From Acidimicrobiia bacterium (GTDB lineage: Bacteria; Actinomycetota; Acidimicrobiia; Spongiisociales; ZC4RG35): DNA of 64,000 bases. Below the pieces are notes generated by a model. It ran no database searches. It was given only the letters and a program-made list of their open reading frames with translations, and was not told where the DNA came from. Below are positions 38,421 to 47,201 of the stretch, piece by piece. The first letter of the stretch is position 1. Each line of letters starts with the position of its first letter. The stretch lies in assembly GCA_035544615.1 (NCBI GenBank), contig DATKEA010000002.1, positions 2,795 through 66,794 of the forward strand. Reading direction: 5' to 3'. The translations under genes were made by a program, and so were the position numbers.

Positions 38421-39884
38421 TCACGGCCAGCCCTGGTGATGCAATCGGAACTCACGCACCTCCCCGCTGGTCGACGGGCCCCAGGTCATGGTGGGAACCG
38501 GGTGCTCCACTCTCGCCGCCTCCAGATCCGCAACGGTGAACCCAACCGGTTCGGTGATGGGCACGATGTCAAAGAGGTTGGCGGCGTTCCATCCGAGGAT
38601 CTTGGCCTTCACCCCTCGAGTCAGTTCTGGATAACCCCACCGCTCTCGCAGGGCGGCAGGTATCTGGAACGCCCGGAAGGCGTCGATCTGACCCTGTGGC
38701 GACCCGTAGAAGATCGAGTCGGTCCCCCAGAGCACATTGTCCTCGCCGAAAGCGACGAGGAGCTTGCCCAACACGTGAGCGGCTTCATCGGGTCGTCGCA
38801 GCAGATGCCACCAGGTCGAGCCGATCTCGGCGTAAACGTTCTCCCCCGGACCGACCCCTGACTTCTGCAGCGAGTCGATGAGGCGGTTGATCCCGGTGTG
38901 CGCTGTCTCCGACGTGAATGGGCCTTCGCGCGCGCCGACCTCGAATCCGGAGTGATAGACCACGATCTTCACATGGGGATGAGCTCGCGCCGCAGGTCCC
39001 ACGTCCTCGGGCGACCCGTAGCGGGCCTGATTGGAGAGACCCTTGTGCACGAAGAGGATCGGGGATCCCAACCTCTCGATTTCGTCGAAGAACCGGTTGG
39101 CCACTTGGGGGAGGCCGGGTTCGTGGTCGTCGAGCCACCAGTGGATCCCATTGGGGAAGTGGGTGAAGGTCTTCCAGCCGGAGATTGTGTTTTCGTTCAC
39201 GGTGCGCTCCATCTCCTCCACGACCGACTCGATCGGTGCTATTTGAGGCAGCGCTAGGGCATTGACCACCACCCTCTCGTCGCCTGACAGGGACTGGACC
39301 ATCCGTCGGGTGTCCTCCATCACCTCAGCGGACAGCGGGCTTCCCTCGGGCAGGATCGGCAATCCGGATAGGGCAACCATGGTGGTATCCGATCTGACAA
39401 AGATCTCCTCGAGGAAATGGTTGGTGGCAAAACAGGCGCGAGGGTCGTCCTCTTCCTCACAGCGTGCCTGAGGAAAGTTGCGGCCCCAGAACCAGTCCCC
39501 CCTCGTCGACGGGTCGAGGTCGTATTCGAGTAGGTGACCCTGAACGTCGAACACGAACTGGGCCGGCCCCAGGATCGAGCGTGCCGCGTCGGTATCGTGA
39601 CGTGCCGTCGGGTCGAAGGGGTACCACAGCCCGGGGGCGACGCCCAACGCTCGAGCCATGGTGTTGTCGATGGCAGTGAGCGAGACGGCCAGCGCACATG
39701 CCGAGCGAAGGAACTCGCGACGGCTCAGCCCGGTGCGCCGGATGCCTTCGTCGATCCCGGCGTGCGCCGCTTTCTCCATCTCCCGGCGGACCGGTGTGAT
39801 CGGCTCGGGCTCGTACTCCCCGTTGGAGCATTGCCCGAAGGCGATTGGCAGACCCGGGTCATCGTCGCGCCACGATCGAGACAT
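38421..39884 (-). CDS. Amidohydrolase-family (metal-dependent TIM-barrel hydrolase, PF04909-like) protein with twin-arginine signal
   Basis: Tat motif SRREFLRSACALAVSLTAIDNTMA, and VHKGL...VVYHSGFE...VLWGTDS typical of amidohydrolase-2-like proteins. The start is uncertain: ATG 39884 or ATG 39779, the latter giving a normal-length signal. The ORF-track start at 39932 lies inside the IR. Confidence 0.7.
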   Translation of the reverse strand: MSRSWRDDDPGLPIAFGQCSNGEYEPEPITPVRREMEKAAHAGIDEGIRRTGLSRREFLRSACALAVSLTAIDNTMARALGVAPGLWYPFDPTARHDTDAARSILGPAQFVFDVQGHLLEYDLDPSTRGDWFWGRNFPQARCEEEDDPRACFATNHFLEEIFVRSDTTMVALSGLPILPEGSPLSAEVMEDTRRMVQSLSGDERVVVNALALPQIAPIESVVEEMERTVNENTISGWKTFTHFPNGIHWWLDDHEPGLPQVANRFFDEIERLGSPILFVHKGLSNQARYGSPEDVGPAARAHPHVKIVVYHSGFEVGAREGPFTSETAHTGINRLIDSLQKSGVGPGENVYAEIGSTWWHLLRRPDEAAHVLGKLLVAFGEDNVLWGTDSIFYGSPQGQIDAFRAFQIPAALRERWGYPELTRGVKAKILGWNAANLFDIVPITEPVGFTVADLEAARVEHPVPTMTWGPSTSGEVREFRLHHQGWP

Positions 39885-39908
39885 CGGTCTGATTCTGCTC
39901 CACTTCCA

Positions 39909-39961
39909 CCTTCTCTGTCTGGGTGGCGCCATATCTGGCGCCAGATACCTCAGGTAAGCGG
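39909..39961. repeat. Right arm of the 53-bp imperfect inverted repeat (partner 36750-36802)
   Basis: ccttctctgtctgggtggcgccatatctggcgccagatacctcaggtaagcgg. It contains the self-complementary pair TGGCGCCA-tatc-TGGCGCCA. Confidence 0.9.
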
Positions 39962-40011
39962 CGCGAGCTGGTTTCGCTCGGGCTAGCGGGGCTACCTAAT
40001 CTCCGGCATCC

Positions 40012-40635
40012 ATGAGTCAATGGTCGGAGGCCACCGAGGAGCGCGCCCGGGAGATCATCTCGCGTTACCCGCAGAAGCGCTCGGCGGTGATGCCGCTCCT
40101 CTACCTGGCGATGGCCGAGGACGGTTATCTGACCAATGATGGGATGGAAGAGGTGGCGCGTTGGGTCGGGATCACTCCGGCCCAGGTCCACGCCGTGGCC
40201 AGCTTCTACACCATGTACAAACGGGAGCCGACCGGTCGCTATCTGATCTCCTGCTGCACCTCGATCTCGTGCATGCTGTTGGGCGGAGACGACATCCTCC
40301 ACGCGGTGGAAGACGAGTCGGGGGTTCCTCATGGCGAGACCGACTCGGACGGTTTTCTCTCCGTTGAGCATGTCGAGTGCATCGGCGCCTGCGGGGGAGC
40401 TCCTGCGGTGCAGGTGAACTACGAGCTGATCGAAGGGGTCACCTCCGAGCGTGCCCGGGATCTGGTCAGATGGCTCAAGGGGGCTCGACCCGAGGTGATC
40501 AACGGGGACGAGATGCAGGAGCTCTTCGGCGGGGTGAAGAGCTTCGACTGGGCGATCAAGGAGGAAGAGGGGGCTTTGGGCCCCTACCCGGCATTTCAGT
40601 CATTGGGCACCGTCGGGCGCGAGGGAGACGCTTGA
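40012..40635 (+). CDS. nuoE: NADH-quinone oxidoreductase subunit E
   Basis: YPQKRSAVMPLLYLAM, 2Fe-2S cysteines CCTSISCML and CIGACGGAP. Confidence 0.9.
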   Translation: MSQWSEATEERAREIISRYPQKRSAVMPLLYLAMAEDGYLTNDGMEEVARWVGITPAQVHAVASFYTMYKREPTGRYLISCCTSISCMLLGGDDILHAVEDESGVPHGETDSDGFLSVEHVECIGACGGAPAVQVNYELIEGVTSERARDLVRWLKGARPEVINGDEMQELFGGVKSFDWAIKEEEGALGPYPAFQSLGTVGREGDA

Positions 40636-41945
40636 ACACGCAACCAGTGGTCACGAGGCGGATGACCGAGCATCCGACCGACTCGCACACCATCGACCGG
40701 TACGAGGCAACAGGTGGGTACCACCAGGCCCGCCGCGCCACCGGGATCACTCGTGACGAGCTGGTCGAGGAGATCAAGGCCTCGGGACTCCTCGGCCGTG
40801 GTGGCGCCGCCTTCTCCACCGGGCTCAAGTGGAGCTTTCTCGCTCCCGCTCGCCCCGCTTACCTCGTGGTCAACGGCGACGAATCAGAGCCGGGCACGTT
40901 CAAGGACCGCCAGCTCCTCGAACGTGACCCGCATCAGATCGTGGAGGGCGTCATCATCGCTGCCGTGGCCAACGAGGTCCACCACGCCTTCGTCTACATC
41001 AGGGGCGAGTACGCCAAACCGGCGCGCAGGCTTCAAGCCGCGGTCGACGCCGCCTATGCCCGCGGCTATCTGGGTAACGGCATCTTCGGCACCGGCTTCG
41101 ATCTCAAAGTCACCGTTCACCTCGGGGCGGGGGCCTACATCTGCGGCGAGGAAACGGCCCTCATCAACAGTCTGGAGGGTTTGCGCGGCGAGCCACGCCT
41201 GAAGCCGCCGTACTTCCCGGCGGCCAAGGGCTTGTACATGATGCCGACCATCGTCAACAACGTTGAAACCGTGTCGAACCTGCCCCACATCCTGGAAATG
41301 GGGGCCAAAGCGTTCACGGAGATCGGGCACCCGATGGACACCGGCACCTTCATGCTTTCGGTCTCGGGCCATGTCAATCGACCGGGGAACTTCGAGGTTC
41401 CTCACGGGATCACCTGGCGTCACCTCATCTACGAGATCTCAGGGGGGATCAAGGGTGACCGCGCCCTGAAGGCATGGATTCCGGGAGGGGCCTCCTCGCC
41501 GTGGTTCGTCCCCGAGGTACATCTAGACGACCAGATCACAAAAGACATCTGCGCCGAGGCCGGCTCGATGCTGGGCTCGGGTGCGGTGATCGTCATGGAC
41601 GAGACCGCCTGCATGGTCCGCGCATCGGAGAGGATCGTCCGCTTCTTCGCCCACGAGTCGTGCGGCCAGTGCACTCCCTGTCGCGAGGGAACCACTTGGC
41701 TGGAGATGATCTTGCGTCGCATCGAGGAGGGTCAGGGTCGATCTGTCGATCTCGATCTTCTGCTCGACGTGTCCGACAACATCAGCGTCGGGCTGGGCTG
41801 GCCACCAAAGATGACCACGATCTGCCCGCTCGGGCCATCGGCGGTGTCCCCAATCCTCGCCTTGCGCGACTACTTCCGCGACGAGGTCGACGCCCACGTG
41901 GAGCTGGGAGGATGTCCCCTAAAACCGGTTGAGGTTGGGTTGTGA
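40632..41945 (+). CDS. nuoF: NADH-quinone oxidoreductase subunit F
   Basis: The TTG at 40632 overlaps the nuoE TGA; an alternative ATG lies at 40662. Motifs: GLLGRGGAAFSTGLKW (FMN/NADH site), VVNGDESEPGTFKDR and ESCGQCTPCREG. Confidence 0.9.
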   Translation: MNTQPVVTRRMTEHPTDSHTIDRYEATGGYHQARRATGITRDELVEEIKASGLLGRGGAAFSTGLKWSFLAPARPAYLVVNGDESEPGTFKDRQLLERDPHQIVEGVIIAAVANEVHHAFVYIRGEYAKPARRLQAAVDAAYARGYLGNGIFGTGFDLKVTVHLGAGAYICGEETALINSLEGLRGEPRLKPPYFPAAKGLYMMPTIVNNVETVSNLPHILEMGAKAFTEIGHPMDTGTFMLSVSGHVNRPGNFEVPHGITWRHLIYEISGGIKGDRALKAWIPGGASSPWFVPEVHLDDQITKDICAEAGSMLGSGAVIVMDETACMVRASERIVRFFAHESCGQCTPCREGTTWLEMILRRIEEGQGRSVDLDLLLDVSDNISVGLGWPPKMTTICPLGPSAVSPILALRDYFRDEVDAHVELGGCPLKPVEVGL

Positions 41946-41963
41946 CTTCTGGGGCTGTGATTT

Positions 41964-41981
41964 CTGGGGGGCGACCCCCAG
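41964..41981 (+). other. GC-rich hairpin with GCGA tetraloop in the nuoF-nuoG spacer
   Basis: CTGGGGG-gcga-CCCCCAG is a perfect 7-bp stem. It is preceded by the tandem 14-mer TGTGA(C/T)TTCTGGGG at 41941-54 and 41956-69. Confidence 0.6.
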
Positions 41982-42072
41982 ATCCCCGTTCGCTGGTCGT
42001 GGGAGGCGAGGGCTTGGCTGGGCGGTCTCTTGACGGCGTCGTGGGTGAGGGATCGCGAGTGAGGCTGAGACA

Positions 42073-44508
42073 GTGAGCGAGGAGACCCAACTCGTCACCG
42101 TCACCATCGACGGCGTCGAGCATCAGGTTGCTGCCGGATCGCTTCTGATCAAGGCAGCTCAGGACAACGGGACCTACATCCCTCGCTTCTGCTGGCACGA
42201 GCGGATGAACCCAGTGGGGATGTGTCGCATGTGTCTGGTCGAAGTGGTGACTCCGCGCGGACCGATGCTGGTGACCTCTTGCACCAATACGGTTGCCGAC
42301 GGAATGGTCGTCGACACCCGGAGTGACGTGGTCAAGAAGGCCCAGGAGGGGGTTCTCGAGTTTCTGCTCGCGAACCATCCCCTCGACTGCCCGGTCTGTG
42401 ACAAAGGCGGGGAGTGCCCGCTCCAGGACCAGGCGTTCTCACATGGCCCGGGGGAGAGTCGTTTCGTCGAGATCAAACGCAACTACGAGAAGCCGATTCC
42501 GATCTCCGACCTGGTTCTGCTCGACAGGGAGCGATGCATCCTCTGTGCCCGCTGCACCCGCTTCTCCGACGAGATCAGTGGGGACCCCCTCATCGAGTTC
42601 CAGTCCCGGGGAAACGTGACCGAGGTGAACACATTTCCCGACCTGCCCTTCTCGTCTTATTTCTCGGGCAACACTATTCAGATCTGCCCGGTCGGCGCTC
42701 TCACCTCCACGCAGTACCGCTTTCGGGCGAGGCCCTGGGATCTTTCAATGGTCGAGAGCTCGGGTCTTCACGACACAGCCCACCCGCGGCTGTCGATCCA
42801 TGCCAGCCAGAACCAGATACTCCGCTATGTCGGTGTCGACAACGACGCCACCAACCATGGCTGGCTGTCGGACAAGGATCGCTTTGGCTTCGAATACCTC
42901 GAGTCCCCGCATCGGGTCACCACCCCTCTGATCCGACGCGACGGGGAGTTGGTCGAGATCGGTTGGACCGAGGCCCTCGACGTGGTCGCCGAGAGGATCG
43001 GACAGGTCAGAGACGCGGAAGGCGGCGACGCCTTTGCGGTGATCGGTGGCGCCCGCGGAACAAACGAGGATGCCTACGCGCTCTCCAAGTTCGCCCGGGT
43101 AGTGCTCGGCACCAACAATGTCGACGCCCGGGTCGACGATTCGCTCTCATCGCACTTCCTGGCGGCGACGGTCGACAGGGCCCTCATCTCCGACCTCGAC
43201 GACGCCGACACCATCCTGGTATGGGGGCCCGACCTCAAGGAGGAGCATCCCACGCTTTACCTGCGGGTACGGCGAGCGGCGCAGGAGCTCGGCGTCAAGC
43301 TCGTCGTGGTCCATCCCAGGGCGACCGGTCTCGACGATCGGGCCGCGATCAAAGTGAACTATCGGCCCGGGGGCGGGTTCACCTTGCTCGACGAGATCGC
43401 CGATGGGGGTCACCCCGAGCTGCTGGCCGCGTTGTCCAAGGAGAAGGTCGTGGCTCTGGTCGGTCTTGCATCCCATGCCGACGGTCCCCACCTCGCCGAG
43501 TCGGTGGCGGCGCTGGTCCGAAGCAAGGCGAGCTCGGCGAGGATCCTGCCCTTGGCTCGCCGCGGGAACATCTTTGGCGCCCTAGACATGGGTCTCGCTC
43601 CAGACCTGCTCCCCGGCCGGGTGGGCAACGAAGAGTCGGGACGCTCCAGGTTGGCACCGGCTTGGGGCGAACTGCCCGCGGGAAGGGGCAAAGACACCCG
43701 GGCCATGTTCGAAGGCCTCGCCAAGGGCGACATACGGTTCCTGTTGTTGGTCGGGTCCGATCCCTTGCGGGACATGCCCGATCCGAGACCGGTGGCTCCC
43801 GCCCTCGAGTCTGCCGGGTATGTGGTGTCGATCGACATGTTCATCAACGACTCGAATCGGGATGCCGACCTGATCCTCCCGGCCGCCGGTTTTGGCGAAA
43901 AGGAAGGGACCGTCACCAATGTCGAGGGGCGGGTGCAGAAGGTGAACGTCATCTCGCCAGGCCCGGGGCAAACGCGTCCCGACTGGTCGATACTCGACGA
44001 CATCGCACAGCGGGTAGGCCGCTCCATCGGTCTCACCTCCCCTGATTTGATCGCAAAGGAGATCGCGTCGGTGGCTGCGGCCTATGACGGGGTCACCTGG
44101 GACCATCTCGAATGGGAGGCGAGGGACGGCGCCGTTGTGCCCCAACCCGGATCCCAGATCCTCCACCACATCCCGGTGTCACTCAAGGGAAACAAGGCGC
44201 CATCGGCAGCATTGACCCTCCATGTGGCGAGGACTCTCTACGACGATGGCGTCATGATGCGGCACGGTCCCACGCTGCACCACCTCGCACCCGGACCGCT
44301 GGTGCACCTCAATCCCGAGGATGCCAAGAGAGTGGGTGCTCAGCCCGGCTATCGAATCCACGTCGTTACCAAGCACGGGAACGGCGAGTTCATGGCGGTG
44401 ATCGACGAGATGACCCCGCCTGGTGTGGTGTACGTGCCGTTCAACCAGCCTGGTGGTTCCTCCTTGGGGACCGATGCCGTGGTCAGGGTGACGACGGTGG
44501 GCAAGTGA
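42073..44508 (+). CDS. nuoG: NADH-quinone oxidoreductase subunit G
   Basis: GTG start. 2Fe-2S/4Fe-4S motifs IPRFCWHERMNPVGMCRMCLVEV, HPLDCPVCDKGGECPLQD and CILCARCTRF, then a molybdopterin-like domain. Confidence 0.95.
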   Translation: MSEETQLVTVTIDGVEHQVAAGSLLIKAAQDNGTYIPRFCWHERMNPVGMCRMCLVEVVTPRGPMLVTSCTNTVADGMVVDTRSDVVKKAQEGVLEFLLANHPLDCPVCDKGGECPLQDQAFSHGPGESRFVEIKRNYEKPIPISDLVLLDRERCILCARCTRFSDEISGDPLIEFQSRGNVTEVNTFPDLPFSSYFSGNTIQICPVGALTSTQYRFRARPWDLSMVESSGLHDTAHPRLSIHASQNQILRYVGVDNDATNHGWLSDKDRFGFEYLESPHRVTTPLIRRDGELVEIGWTEALDVVAERIGQVRDAEGGDAFAVIGGARGTNEDAYALSKFARVVLGTNNVDARVDDSLSSHFLAATVDRALISDLDDADTILVWGPDLKEEHPTLYLRVRRAAQELGVKLVVVHPRATGLDDRAAIKVNYRPGGGFTLLDEIADGGHPELLAALSKEKVVALVGLASHADGPHLAESVAALVRSKASSARILPLARRGNIFGALDMGLAPDLLPGRVGNEESGRSRLAPAWGELPAGRGKDTRAMFEGLAKGDIRFLLLVGSDPLRDMPDPRPVAPALESAGYVVSIDMFINDSNRDADLILPAAGFGEKEGTVTNVEGRVQKVNVISPGPGQTRPDWSILDDIAQRVGRSIGLTSPDLIAKEIASVAAAYDGVTWDHLEWEARDGAVVPQPGSQILHHIPVSLKGNKAPSAALTLHVARTLYDDGVMMRHGPTLHHLAPGPLVHLNPEDAKRVGAQPGYRIHVVTKHGNGEFMAVIDEMTPPGVVYVPFNQPGGSSLGTDAVVRVTTVGK

Positions 44509-45611
44509 GCTGGCCCGAGTTCTGGATCGTTCTGCTCAGGGTGGTGCTCACTTTCGTCCTGCTGATGGTGGTCACCGTCCTCAACGTGTGGGCGGAGCGG
44601 AAGATCCTGGCTGACATGCAGAGCCGGATCGGCCCCAACCGGGCCGGCCCGTTTGGGGTGCTCCAGACCGTGGCCGACGGACTCAAGCTCTTCTTCAAGG
44701 AATCGATCACCCCGCGCAAAGCCGAGCTTGGCATGTATGTCCTCGCCCCTTTCCTCGCGGTGATTCCCGCCTTCCTCATCTTCATGATGGTGCCGTGGGG
44801 CAAGCCGTTCATGATCGGTGAGCGCGAGGTTGCTCTACAGGGCGCAGACCTCAACGTCGGGCTGTTGTTCATCCTCGCCATGTCTTCGCTGGCGGTCTAC
44901 GCGGTGGTCCTGGCCGGATGGTCGTCGGGGTCGAAGTATCCCCTGATCGGAGGGGTGAGAGCGACAGCCCAGGCAATCTCGTACGAAGCCGCCATGGGTC
45001 TTGCCATGGTCTCGGTCGTCATGTTCTCGGCGACTCAGGGAGATGGAGGCACCCTTTCCCTCGCCGAGATAGTCAGCCGACAGTCGGGAACCTGGGGCGA
45101 GCTCATACCGGCCCTGGAGCCGGTGCTTCGCTTTGTTCCCCGGTGGAACATCTTTCCTCAGATAGTGGCCTTCTCGATCTTCTTCATCGCCATTGTGGCC
45201 GAGACCAATCGGGCTCCGTTCGACCTTGTGGAAGCTGAGCAAGAGATCGTCGGCGGATTCCACACCGAGTACTCAGGCATGAGATTCGCCATGTTCTTCC
45301 TCGCGGAGTACGTCAACATCTTCTCCATGTCGGCCATCGCGGCGACACTCTTCCTCGGTGGTTGGAACGGGCCCACCTTCGACGATGTCCTGCCCGGGTT
45401 CATCTCGGCGATCCTGCCCACGGTGTACTTCCTGGCCAAGACCTATCTCATCGTCTTCATGTTCTTCTGGATAAGAGCGACACTTCCCCGTCTGAGATAT
45501 GACCAGCTGATGCAACTGGGTTGGAAGCGTCTCATACCCGGTGCATTGGGTTGGCTCGTCTTGTCCACCTTCGTGATCTCGTTCCGACAATTCGGTCCTC
45601 CCTGGAGCTAG
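44505..45611 (+). CDS. nuoH: NADH-quinone oxidoreductase subunit H
   Basis: The GTG at 44505 overlaps the nuoG TGA. Motifs: ERKILADMQSRIGPNRAGPFGVLQ, ETNRAPFDLVEAEQEIVGGFHTEYSGMRFA. Confidence 0.9.
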   Translation: MSWPEFWIVLLRVVLTFVLLMVVTVLNVWAERKILADMQSRIGPNRAGPFGVLQTVADGLKLFFKESITPRKAELGMYVLAPFLAVIPAFLIFMMVPWGKPFMIGEREVALQGADLNVGLLFILAMSSLAVYAVVLAGWSSGSKYPLIGGVRATAQAISYEAAMGLAMVSVVMFSATQGDGGTLSLAEIVSRQSGTWGELIPALEPVLRFVPRWNIFPQIVAFSIFFIAIVAETNRAPFDLVEAEQEIVGGFHTEYSGMRFAMFFLAEYVNIFSMSAIAATLFLGGWNGPTFDDVLPGFISAILPTVYFLAKTYLIVFMFFWIRATLPRLRYDQLMQLGWKRLIPGALGWLVLSTFVISFRQFGPPWS

Positions 45612-45613
45612 TG

Positions 45614-46265
<652 letters not shown>

Positions 46266-46273
<8 letters not shown>

Positions 46274-46790
46274 GGCGATTCTGTTCGTGGTCATGGGCAT
46301 CTCCGCGCTGGCGGGGGCGGTGACCGTGGTCGTCGCCCGAAACCCGATTTATTCGGCAATGGGTCTGTTGGGCACTCTGTTCTCGGTTGCCGTGCTCTAC
46401 GTCGTCCAGCTCGCCCATTTGGTGGCCGCGGTCCAGGTCATCGTCTATGCAGGGGCGGTGATGACCCTGTTCCTGTTCGTGATAATGATGGTGGGTGTCG
46501 ACAAGGAGGAGAGCCGCAAGGAGGAGCTGCCCCTTCAGAGAGTCATGGTTGGCGCCCTGGCCGGAGTGGTGATTGTCGCTGCCGGAGTCATCACGGTCGT
46601 AGGTGACTTCGACTGGGTTCCCGCTGCCGCCACCACGATCATCGAGGATTCCACCAACGGCACGGTGCAGGCAATAGCCGAGCCGTTGTTCACCGACTGG
46701 GTGCTCGCATTCGAAGCGACCGCCTTGCTATTGACGATCGCGGCAGCAGGAGCAATCGTTCTCGCCCAGTTCAAAAGGCAGCGGTCGTGA
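46266..46790 (+). CDS. nuoJ: NADH-quinone oxidoreductase subunit J
   Basis: The ATG at 46266 overlaps the nuoI end. It is hydrophobic, with the NuoJ-like sequence [25 protein letters not shown]...[19 protein letters not shown]. Confidence 0.85.
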
Positions 46791-47092
46791 TCGTCCCCGT
46801 CGACTGGTACATGGCTCTGGCGGCTGCTCTTTTCCTGATCGGCGCTCTGGGGATGCTGCTCCGTCGCAATGCCCTGGTGATGTTCATGTGCATCGAGTTG
46901 ATGTTGAACGCTGTGAACCTGACGCTGATCTCCGCCGGACGTGCCATGAACGACATAAACGGCCAGGTGGCGGTGTTCTTCATCCTGGTCGTGGCCGCCG
47001 CCGAAGTGGTGGTCGGCCTCGCGATCATCGTTGCCATCTTCCGGAGACGCACCTCGGCTTCGGTGGACGAGCTAAGTGAGCTCAAGGGATGA
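46787..47092 (+). CDS. nuoK: NADH-quinone oxidoreductase subunit K
   Basis: 101 aa with three TM segments. [13 protein letters not shown]...[17 protein letters not shown] is typical of NuoK. Confidence 0.9.
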   Translation: MIVPVDWYMALAAALFLIGALGMLLRRNALVMFMCIELMLNAVNLTLISAGRAMNDINGQVAVFFILVVAAAEVVVGLAIIVAIFRRRTSASVDELSELKG

Positions 47093-47201
47093 GGATGCCT
47101 CGCCTCATCAACGGCTGCTTGTTCCCTTGCGGAGCGAGGGGGGCGAACCCTGCGCGCCTTCGCATCGCTCGGGCGGCACCCCTTTCAGAAGGGGGGACTT
47201 C

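Larger units (their letters stand above)
36750..39961 (-). mobile_element. Inverted-repeat-bounded 3.2-kb three-gene cassette inserted between nuoD and nuoE (putative non-autonomous mobile/insertion module)
   Basis: It has terminal 53-bp IRs and all three cargo genes run antisense to the nuo operon. No recombinase is present. The call as mobile is an inference. Confidence 0.45.

Noticed and set aside
42414-44045. 543-aa alternative-frame ORF inside nuoG, and similar ones such as 60155..61234 in moaA, 48068..48859 in nuoL and 49287..50369 in nuoM
   Set aside because: The translations are extremely Arg/Pro/Gly-rich and lie same-strand out-of-frame within genes that have clear cofactor-binding motifs. 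They are a GC-content artefact.
47076-47201. Upstream GTG start for nuoL giving a 42-aa Arg/Pro/Ser-rich leader
   Set aside because: The NuoL-like hydrophobic N-terminus begins at GTG 47202, which has a strong purine-rich RBS. The upstream part folds into hairpins and has poor coding character. This is treated as a spacer but flagged in the findings.
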